Part shown: piece after piece, positions 19,523-26,547 of the stretch
How the letters are laid out: each line of letters starts with the position of its first letter
Position numbering within the stretch: position 1 is the first letter of the stretch
From: Thermoanaerobaculia bacterium
GTDB lineage: Bacteria; Acidobacteriota; Thermoanaerobaculia; UBA5066
Assembly: GCA_038245905.1 (NCBI GenBank)
Contig: JBBRRY010000015.1
Location: 1 to 64,000, forward strand
Direction of reading: 5' to 3'
Length of the DNA stretch: 64,000 bases
Notes under the pieces: generated by a model
Told to the model about the DNA's origin: nothing
Seen by the model: the letters and a program-made list of their open reading frames with translations, nothing else
The model's database searches: none
Program-made: the position numbers and the translations under genes

Positions 19523-21714
19523 GCGCAGCTGCGCCGGACCCGGTCTCGCGGTACGTTGCGGCCGCCCGCGGCGGACGCGGCGCGGCGGCTCTCGCCGCGC
19601 GCCACACCCCTCGGCAGGACCACCCCGCCCTTCGGGCGGACCTCGTCATCCGCCGCCAGGTGCGAATCGGCGAGGTCACCTGGGTCGTCAAGCAACCGGA
19701 GGCGAACAAGTTCTACAACTTCGAGGACGCCGACTGGACCCTCATCGAGCTTTTCGACGGAACGCGGAGTCTCACTGAAATCCGCGAGGAGTACTGCCGG
19801 CGGGTCCCGGGAGGCGAGATCGCCTTCACCCTCATCCTCGACTACCAGGAGATGCTGCAAAGGATCGAGTTCCTGGAGCAGTCGGCGGCCGAGAAGAACC
19901 TCCAGCTCCTGTCGAAGTTCAAGACCCTGAGGCAGAAAGCGGCGGAGGAGCGCGCGGAGGGTTTCAACATCCTCTTCATGCTCTTCAAGGTCTTCGACCC
20001 CGACCGGATCCTCAATCGGACGATCCGGTACGTCCGCTGGCTCTGGAGTCCCCCCGTCGTCGCGGTCGCCTGTGTCGCGTTCCTCTTCACGATCGGTGTC
20101 TTCGCGGCGCGCTTCGACACGATCTGGGCCCAGACGATCGAGCTCTACTCGTTCCTGAGAAAGCCGTTCTGGGACTTCGTCCAATTCTGGGTCATCCTGA
20201 CCACGATCGGCTGCATCCACGAGTTCGGTCATGGCTATGCCACGAAGATGTACGGGGGCGAGGTCCATGACATGGGGATCGCCCTCCTCTACTTCATGCC
20301 TGCCTTTTACTGCGACACGACGGACTCGCTCCTCTTCCCGAGCAAGTGGCAGAAGCTGACGGTCACGGTGGCGGGGATCTACATCGAGGCGATCCTCTGC
20401 ACGATCGCGACGGCGCTCTGGGTGGCGAGCTACCCCGACACGCTTCTCCACGAGCTGGCCTACAAGACGATGCTCTTCACCGGGGTCTCGACGATCTTCT
20501 TCAACATCAACCCCCTCGTGAAGATCGACGGCTACTACGCGCTTTGCAGCCTCACCGAGATCCCGGAGCTGCGCGAGGAGTCTTTCCGCTGGATGGGCGC
20601 GATCTTCCAGCGCCACATCCTCCGCCTGAACGTCGAGGTGCCGGTCGTGTCGCGGCGGAAGAGGCGGATCTTCCTGATCTACGGTCCGCTCGCGCTGGGC
20701 TACATCGGTTTCATCATGGCGTTCATCACGAAGCTCCTCGACAACTTCTACTCGAAGGTCGTCCCGGAGCTGGCCGTCGTCCTCCTCCTCGTCACGCTCT
20801 ACTTCTTCTTCCGGAAGAGGGTCCGCCTCGTCCTCCGGATCTCCCGCCTCTTCTATCTCGACAAGAAGGAGCTCGTCATGTCGCCGCGCGCCCGTCTCCC
20901 TCTCCTTGCTGCCGCCGCCGGCCTCGTCCTCTTTCTCGCCGTCCCCTGGGGCCGGCGGACGATCAGGATGGACGCCGTCCTCGAGCCCGCCGCGTCGGTG
21001 AAGGTCGAGGCCCCGGAGGACGGAGTCGTGCGGGAGGTCTTCGCGCGCGAAGGGGACATCCTGCGGGCGGGCCAACCGCTTTTCCGGATCGAGAGCCCCG
21101 GCGTCGTGGCCGATTCCGCGTCCCTCTCGGCCCGCCGCGCGGGGGCTGCCGACGAGATGGGAAGGAGCTTCCGGTCCGGAGACGCCGGGGAGGTCTATCG
21201 GGCCGAGCGGAAGGAGGGGGCGGCCGCAGCCGGTCTTGCCCTCGACACGGCGCGCACGGCGCGACTCTCCGTGCTCAGCCCGATGGACGGGCGTCTCCTT
21301 TCGGAAGGCGCGGAAAACCTCGTCGGCAGGTGGGTTACGGCAGGAACCGTTCTCGGAACAGTTGGCGCCACGCGGCAGCTCACGGCAGTATTCCCGGTCT
21401 CGGAGCGCCTTCTGACAGACCTTGTGGTCGGAGCGCCGGTTTCGGTGCAGCTTCGCGCGCGCCCGTTCCACATCCTCCACGGCACGATTGTTTCCATAGC
21501 TCCCGCGTCTCAGGCCGCTTCGTCCGACACCCCCCCGGCACTCCGCCCGTCCGAAACGCCCGGCCGCATCGTGGCTGTGGCGCGTTTCGAAAATCCCGAC
21601 GGCAGCCTGAAGCCGAGGCTCGAAGGGAGGGCGAAGATCAGGGGGCCTCGGAGCTCGCTCCTCGGAGAGGGCTTCCGGATCCTCTCCCGTTGGCTCCGCG
21701 CGATCGCCTGGTGA
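19519..21714 (+). CDS. RRE/PqqD-like domain + M50 (site-2) metalloprotease + HlyD/MFP fusion
   Basis: N-terminal PALRADL...KQPEANKFYNF...FDGTRSLTEI winged-helix pattern; IHEFGH (HExxH) and NINPLVKIDGY; C-terminal MFP (APEDGVVREVFAREGDIL). Start overlaps the upstream stop. Confidence 0.88.
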   Translation: MSAAAPDPVSRYVAAARGGRGAAALAARHTPRQDHPALRADLVIRRQVRIGEVTWVVKQPEANKFYNFEDADWTLIELFDGTRSLTEIREEYCRRVPGGEIAFTLILDYQEMLQRIEFLEQSAAEKNLQLLSKFKTLRQKAAEERAEGFNILFMLFKVFDPDRILNRTIRYVRWLWSPPVVAVACVAFLFTIGVFAARFDTIWAQTIELYSFLRKPFWDFVQFWVILTTIGCIHEFGHGYATKMYGGEVHDMGIALLYFMPAFYCDTTDSLLFPSKWQKLTVTVAGIYIEAILCTIATALWVASYPDTLLHELAYKTMLFTGVSTIFFNINPLVKIDGYYALCSLTEIPELREESFRWMGAIFQRHILRLNVEVPVVSRRKRRIFLIYGPLALGYIGFIMAFITKLLDNFYSKVVPELAVVLLLVTLYFFFRKRVRLVLRISRLFYLDKKELVMSPRARLPLLAAAAGLVLFLAVPWGRRTIRMDAVLEPAASVKVEAPEDGVVREVFAREGDILRAGQPLFRIESPGVVADSASLSARRAGAADEMGRSFRSGDAGEVYRAERKEGAAAAGLALDTARTARLSVLSPMDGRLLSEGAENLVGRWVTAGTVLGTVGATRQLTAVFPVSERLLTDLVVGAPVSVQLRARPFHILHGTIVSIAPASQAASSDTPPALRPSETPGRIVAVARFENPDGSLKPRLEGRAKIRGPRSSLLGEGFRILSRWLRAIAW

Positions 21715-21724
21715 CCGTAAACAC

Positions 21725-21752
21725 GAGCGCCCCGGCCGGAGCCGGGGCGCTC
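21725..21752. terminator. Perfect 12-bp hairpin between convergent genes (probable terminator)
   Basis: GAGCGCCCCGGC-CGGA-GCCGGGGCGCTC, followed on the minus strand by GTGTTT. Confidence 0.7.
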
Positions 21753-21774
21753 ATGGACGCGGGGAGATGCGCCG

Positions 21775-22179
21775 TCAGTCGGCGTTGTCCGTCGCCCGCG
21801 CGTTCAGGATTTTGGGGGCCGCCTGCGTGCGGGCCGCGGTAACGCGGGGGGCCGCCTGCGCGCGGGCCGCGGTAACGCGGGGGGCCGCCTGGGCGCGGGC
21901 TGCGGTGACGCGAGGAGCCGCCTGCGCGCGGGCTGCGGTGACGCGAGGAGCCGCCTGCGCGCGAGCCGCGGTGACGCGAGCGGCTGCCTGCGCGCGCGCC
22001 ATGTTGACGCGGGGGGCCGCCTGCACACGGGCGCTCGTGACCTTGGCCGAAGTCGTCGGCGTCATGGCGGGGTTGTTGCCGAGATTGCTGACGCGGATCT
22101 CACCGACGGCCTGACCGGTCGCCTGCTTGATCTTCGCCTTCTGCTCGTCGGTCAGCTTGATCCGTACTTCGTTTGCCAT
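21775..22179 (-). CDS. 134-aa leader + tandem-repeat peptide; candidate exported precursor peptide
   Basis: AGGAGG RBS then ATG 22179; leader MANEVRIKLTDEQKAKIKQATG...; eight 11-aa units; synonymous variation between units. Confidence 0.85.
   Translation of the reverse strand: MANEVRIKLTDEQKAKIKQATGQAVGEIRVSNLGNNPAMTPTTSAKVTSARVQAAPRVNMARAQAAARVTAARAQAAPRVTAARAQAAPRVTAARAQAAPRVTAARAQAAPRVTAARTQAAPKILNARATDNAD
21781..22044 (-). repeat. Coding tandem repeat, 8 x 33 bp (consensus RVTAARAQAAP)
   Basis: On the plus strand GCCTG recurs at 21821, 21854, 21887, 21920, 21953, 21986 and 22019; terminal units are degenerate. Confidence 0.95.
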
Positions 22180-22243
22180 GGTGGCCTCCTCTTTCTTTCG
22201 TTCTTCCGTTCTCGTTGTCCCTGGCTTGGGGCGCAATCTCAAT

Positions 22244-22260
22244 TGCAAAGAGGGGGCCAG
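22244..22260 (-). promoter_or_regulatory. Sigma54 (-24/-12) promoter for the repeat-peptide gene
   Basis: Minus strand CTGGCCCCCTCTTTGCA = TGGC-N7-TTGCA, exact GG-N10-GC spacing, adjacent to a sigma54 activator gene. Confidence 0.75.
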
Positions 22261-22333
22261 ACCAGTCCGGCCGCCAGAGACCCGTAAGTGGTTGAGGAAA
22301 CGTCGAGACCGCCTCGTCGCGGTTACGCCGGCT

Positions 22334-22369
22334 CGATGACTCTTTCAACCTCGGTTGACGGATTCATCG
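22334..22369. promoter_or_regulatory. Dyad-symmetric candidate enhancer (UAS) for the sigma54 activator
   Basis: CGATGA-N5-TCAACC-TC-GGTTGA-N5-TCATCG, about 90 bp upstream of the -24 element; a related half-site GTTGA-N7-TCGA lies at 22291-22306. Confidence 0.5.
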
Positions 22370-22375
22370 GTCCGC

Positions 22376-23773
22376 TCAGAGGCGGTACTTCCGGCAGAGG
22401 TACTTCATCTGGTTTGCGTCGAGGCCGAGTGCTTCGGCGGCCCGCACCTTCACGCCTCCGGCGCGGGAAATGGCCTGGCTCACGAGCTCCCGTTCGAACC
22501 TTCCGACCGACTCGGCAAGGGAGAGGTCGGCAGAGTGCGTCGCGGCGGGTTGGGCCGGCTCCCGGGAGCCGCCGGCCCGGCCCAACGTCCCCGGCAGATG
22601 CTCCTCCCCGATCGTGTCGCCGTCCACCATGAGCGTCAGCATCTCGACGAGGTGTTCCAGCTCGCGCACGTTTCCGCGGAAGATGTGTCGCCCGAGCACC
22701 TCGAAGGCTTCGGACGAGAAGGCCTTCGGGCGGCGGCCATGGCGCTCTGCGGCCCGCGCCGTGAAGAATTCCACGAGCAAGGGGATGTCCTCGCGCCGCT
22801 CTCTCAGCGGCGGAATCCTCAGGATGACGGTGTTCAGGCGATAGAAGAGGTCATTGCGGAACGTTCCCGCCGCCACCTGACGCTCCAGGTCTTCGTTCGT
22901 GGCCGCGACGAGCCGGATGTCGACGTGGATCGTCTTCGTCCCGCCGACCCGCTCGAAGTCGCGCTGCTCGAGGACGCGCAACAACTTGGCCTGTACGGCC
23001 GGGGATAGTGTCGCGACTTCGTCCAGGAAGAGCGTCCCGCCGTGAGCCATCTCGAAACGCCCGGGCCGGGAGGCCACGGCCCCGGTGAAGGCACCCCGCT
23101 CATGGCCGAAGAGCTCGGACTCGGCTAGCGTCTCCGTGAGCGCCGAGCTGTTCACGGCTACGAACGGCCCGTCCCGGCGAGTGCTCCCCCGGTGGATCGC
23201 TTCGGCCACGAGCTCTTTCCCCGTTCCGCTTTCACCGGTCACGAGGACGGTCGCGTCGGTGGGGGCCACCTTCTCGATGGCGGCGAAGAGCCCGCGCATG
23301 CTTGGGCTCTCGCCCACCAGCCCGCCGTACGACCCACGCTTGAAGATCTCCTCCTTCAGCGCCCGGTTTTCAGCCAGGATGCGGTGTCGCTCCAAGGCTC
23401 GCCCGAGAACGAGGAGCAGCTCCGACTTCTCGAAGGGCTTCCGGAAGAAATCGAATGCACCCAGCTCGACGGCTTTCAGCGCCCAGCGGCGCTCCGCCTC
23501 CGCCGTCATGACCACGACCGTGGCGGCCGGCTGGCGCTGCCGAATGGCCCGCAGCAGACGGAGCCCCTCTTCCGCCTCGCCCGACGGCGGGAGCCGGAGG
23601 TCGACGAGGTAGACGTCGGGCTCGAGCTCGGCCAGCTTGAGCCCCGCGGCGGCGTCCCCTGCACTGTGGACTTCGAACCTGTCCTTCAGAGCCCAGAGGA
23701 GCTGGTCGCGCAGGAGCGGATCGTCTTCCACGACGGCGAGGCGCCCCTCCACCGTCTTTTGGACCACGCCCAC
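22376..23773 (-). CDS. Sigma54-dependent response regulator (REC-AAA+-HTH), PrsR/NtrC-like
   Basis: VVEDD, DLRLPP, GESGTGKE, ESELFGHERGAFTGA, FLDEV, DLFYRL, GNVREL, C-terminal Fis HTH. Confidence 0.95.
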   Translation of the reverse strand: MGVVQKTVEGRLAVVEDDPLLRDQLLWALKDRFEVHSAGDAAAGLKLAELEPDVYLVDLRLPPSGEAEEGLRLLRAIRQRQPAATVVVMTAEAERRWALKAVELGAFDFFRKPFEKSELLLVLGRALERHRILAENRALKEEIFKRGSYGGLVGESPSMRGLFAAIEKVAPTDATVLVTGESGTGKELVAEAIHRGSTRRDGPFVAVNSSALTETLAESELFGHERGAFTGAVASRPGRFEMAHGGTLFLDEVATLSPAVQAKLLRVLEQRDFERVGGTKTIHVDIRLVAATNEDLERQVAAGTFRNDLFYRLNTVILRIPPLRERREDIPLLVEFFTARAAERHGRRPKAFSSEAFEVLGRHIFRGNVRELEHLVEMLTLMVDGDTIGEEHLPGTLGRAGGSREPAQPAATHSADLSLAESVGRFERELVSQAISRAGGVKVRAAEALGLDANQMKYLCRKYRL

Positions 23774-23775
23774 GC

Positions 23776-24477
23776 CTACACCTGCCGGCCAGGCGCGGCC
23801 GGAAGCGGCAGGAAGAGACGGACGCTGGTGCCCTCGCCCTCCGCACTTCTAACCTCGACGTCGCCCCGGTGGTGGCGCAGGATGCGGCGCGCCGTGTAGA
23901 GACCGAGTCCCACGCCTCCGGGCTTCGTCGTCTGGAACGGCCGGAACAGGCGCCGCCGCACGAACTCTCCCGACATCCCGGGCCCGTCGTCCTCGACGTC
24001 GACCACGGCGAAGTCTCGCGCCCCTCGCCGCTCGAGGCTCGTGCGTACCGTCACGCAGCTCTTCGCGGCCTCCTGCGCGTTCTGAATCACGCCCTGGATC
24101 GCCTCTTGCAAGTAGTAAGGGTCGCCCCAGAGCCCGGGGACCTCGGCGAAGGTCGCGTTCATCCGCGGTGTCGACGCCCGCCCCCGGGGGTGGCACGTGT
24201 GCAGGGCCTCCCGGATCAGGTCGTTCAGATCGAGCGGCACCTTGATGAGGACCGAGTCGCGATGAGCCGACCAGCTTCTCGCGATCCCGTCGAGCTTCTG
24301 GACGGTGGATTGCAGGAGGTCCGTGGCGCTGCGTTTGAAATCCGGATCGCCGTAGTGCTCCTCCATGTTCGACAGGAGAAGGCTGAGGCGGAGCTCGAGG
24401 TTCCGGATGTCGTGGATGAGGACGGAGTCCTTCGTGGCGCGGATGCGTCGACGCGGGGCAGCCGTGCGTGTCGCCAT
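23776..24477 (-). CDS. Histidine kinase core (HisKA + HATPase), PrsK-like, without a sensor domain
   Basis: IHDIRNL H-box, IQNAQEA N-box, EDDGPGM, LFRPFQTTKPGGVGLGL; only about 20 aa precede the H-box. Confidence 0.88.
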   Translation of the reverse strand: MATRTAAPRRRIRATKDSVLIHDIRNLELRLSLLLSNMEEHYGDPDFKRSATDLLQSTVQKLDGIARSWSAHRDSVLIKVPLDLNDLIREALHTCHPRGRASTPRMNATFAEVPGLWGDPYYLQEAIQGVIQNAQEAAKSCVTVRTSLERRGARDFAVVDVEDDGPGMSGEFVRRRLFRPFQTTKPGGVGLGLYTARRILRHHRGDVEVRSAEGEGTSVRLFLPLPAAPGRQV

Positions 24478-24481
24478 GGTT

Positions 24482-25264
24482 TCAGGGCCGGGAAGGCGCA
24501 CGGAACGTGAGCCGGACCGCCATCCCCGGCCGCAGTATTTTTTTCGGATCGTGCTTCACCCGCACGATCACCTGCACCGTCCCGCTGCCCGGATCGATGA
24601 CGGGGCTGATGAACGAGACGCGCCCGCTCGAGCGTGCGTCCGGGAAATCCGGAGCCTCCACGGTCACTTCGTCACCGGTCTTCACGGTCTGAAGGCCGGA
24701 GGCCGGCAGATAGGCGCGCGCCAGAAGCGGCTGGAGCGCCATCACCTTGAAGAGCGGTTTGCTCTCTTCGAGCGTGAACTTTTCCCCCACGCGCGCGTAA
24801 CGGTCCGCCACGATCCCGTCGAAGGGAGCGCGCACCACGGACCGGTCGATCACGAGTTTCGCCCTCTCCAGCTCCACGAGGGCCAGCTCGTGTCGCGATC
24901 TTCTCTGCTCGAACTCGGCCTCGCTCGTCAGATTCTGGCGGCGCAGCTCCTCGTACCTTTTCAGGTCCGCGAGACTCACGGCGAGCGTCTCCTCCGCGGC
25001 TCTCAGATCCAGGCGGAACTCGCGCTGGTCCAGCGTGGCGAGCGGCTGCGACTTCCGCACGAGCTCGCCCCGCTCGACCTGGATCGAGTCGATCACGCCG
25101 CTGACCCGAGTCGTCACCGTGACTTCCTGCTCGACCATCAGGTTCGAGGCGACGGTGAGCGGCGCAGGAAGCGCCGGCGCCGGCAGAGCGGCGCTGGCCC
25201 TCGCGAGCGCAAGGAGGGAGACGGCGATGAACGCCCGACCGGTAAGCCGGATTGAGTCGCGCGT
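24482..25264 (-). CDS. Efflux RND/HlyD-type periplasmic adaptor (MFP), apparent ACG start
   Basis: VSGVIDSIQVERGELV, VRAPFDGIV, GRVSFISPVIDPGSGT, LRPGM. GGAGG lies 8 nt before an in-frame ACG that opens a signal-peptide-like segment; start uncertain. Confidence 0.85.
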   Translation of the reverse strand, partial: TRDSIRLTGRAFIAVSLLALARASAALPAPALPAPLTVASNLMVEQEVTVTTRVSGVIDSIQVERGELVRKSQPLATLDQREFRLDLRAAEETLAVSLADLKRYEELRRQNLTSEAEFEQRRSRHELALVELERAKLVIDRSVVRAPFDGIVADRYARVGEKFTLEESKPLFKVMALQPLLARAYLPASGLQTVKTGDEVTVEAPDFPDARSSGRVSFISPVIDPGSGTVQVIVRVKHDPKKILRPGMAVRLTFRAPSRP

Positions 25265-25305
25265 GACTTTTTCCTCCAGGGTGTCTGGAACGGAATGATA
25301 CCGAA

Positions 25306-26532
25306 TCAGGCGGGCGTGAGCGCGCGCACGAGGCGCTTGAGGGCCTCGTAGAAAACACCAGGCGGCGGCAGGAGGCTGACGACGACGAACGCCTCGAAAG
25401 GGAACTCGTAGAAATAGCCGGGCTGGACGAGCAGATCGTGTGATTCGAGGAGATCGAGGACGAGCTCCTCCTCGGGGCGGACAGCCGGCACGCGGAGGCA
25501 CGCGGCCCAGCCGGCCCGGACGGGTAGGACCGTAACACCGCCACCCGCGGGGAAGGCAGCCTTGAGCGCGCGCTCGTTGCGAAGCACGCGCGCCCAGATC
25601 GCTTCCGCCGTCCCGCGCCCGTACTCCAGAAGCCTGGGGAGCGCGAGCTGCACGGGCGTCGAGACGGAGAGATACGAATCCGCAACCCACTCGAGGCGCT
25701 CGATCGCCTGCTCGAGGAGCCCGGCGGGTCCATTCGCGAGTATCCATCCGAGCTTCATCTGCGGGAGGCCGGCCGACTTGGAGAGCCCGCCCAGCGAGAA
25801 AACGAGCGCTTCGGGCGCGTTCGCGGCTGCGGCCACGCGCACGTCGCCGGGCCGGTCCGAGTAGCGATAGTCGACGAACACCTCGTCGGAGACGACGGCG
25901 AACCGGCGCTCCTTCGCCAGCGTCATGAGATCCGACAGCTCCGCGCCAGAGAGGGAGGTGCCCGTCGGGTTGTTCGGATTGACGACGACCACGGCCGCGA
26001 CGCGACGTCCTTCCACCTCGACGCGCCGCACTTCCGCCTCCACGGCCGCCGCGTGGAACGCGAAGCCGTCATCGCTCGCGAGCGCGTAGCGGCGCAGCGA
26101 CAGGCACTCGAGCTCCGCGAGGGTGTCGAGAAGCGGGTAGGACGGCGCCGGCACGAGGACGACGTCGCCGGGATCGCCCACCAGCTTGAAAAGCCAGCCG
26201 TAGGCTTCGCTCGACGAGGCCGTCAGGACGATCTGGTGCGGGGGCGCGAGAACGCCGTGCAACGCCGCGTAGTAGTTGCTCACGGACGTGCGCGCCGCGA
26301 GCAGTCCCCTCGGATCGGGTGCATACGAGAGGCCGCGGGGATCGGAGAGAGCCGCGAGAATGCGCGCGTCCGGCGCCGACGCAGCGTTGTCGAAGAGGTC
26401 GGCTTCGCCCGAACGCAGAGAGACGGCGGTCGGATTCGACACGGCGAGATCGAGGAACGGGCGCGTTCGCGCCGCGACCGCGCGCGTCAGGCGGTTCACG
26501 TCGCGGGGGGCGGGGATCCGCTGCGAGAACAT
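25306..26532 (-). CDS. PLP-dependent aminotransferase class I/II
   Basis: VNPNNPTG, SDEVF, GGLSKSAGLPQMKLGW. Confidence 0.92.
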   Translation of the reverse strand: MFSQRIPAPRDVNRLTRAVAARTRPFLDLAVSNPTAVSLRSGEADLFDNAASAPDARILAALSDPRGLSYAPDPRGLLAARTSVSNYYAALHGVLAPPHQIVLTASSSEAYGWLFKLVGDPGDVVLVPAPSYPLLDTLAELECLSLRRYALASDDGFAFHAAAVEAEVRRVEVEGRRVAAVVVVNPNNPTGTSLSGAELSDLMTLAKERRFAVVSDEVFVDYRYSDRPGDVRVAAAANAPEALVFSLGGLSKSAGLPQMKLGWILANGPAGLLEQAIERLEWVADSYLSVSTPVQLALPRLLEYGRGTAEAIWARVLRNERALKAAFPAGGGVTVLPVRAGWAACLRVPAVRPEEELVLDLLESHDLLVQPGYFYEFPFEAFVVVSLLPPPGVFYEALKRLVRALTPA

Positions 26533-26547
26533 GCGCGGCGCGTTTTC

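Noticed and set aside
21781-22044. 33-bp repeats as a CRISPR array
   Set aside because: Repeats are head-to-tail with no unique spacers, vary at synonymous codon positions, and no cas genes are present.
21767-22114. Plus-strand ORF with Cys-containing repeats (ARAAVTRGAAC) as the real precursor
   Set aside because: It is the antisense shadow. It lacks an RBS, starts just after a hairpin, and unit differences are non-synonymous in this frame but synonymous in the minus-strand gene, which has an RBS and a sigma54 promoter.
21775-22179. Assignment to a known RiPP class (graspetide, lanthipeptide, cyanobactin)
   Set aside because: No Asp/Glu acceptors or Cys in the repeats, and no ATP-grasp, LanM/LanB, YcaO or PatA/G genes nearby.
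22334-22369. Dyad as an intrinsic terminator of the regulator gene
   Set aside because: Large internal mismatch loops and no U-tract; position fits an enhancer better, though this is not excluded.
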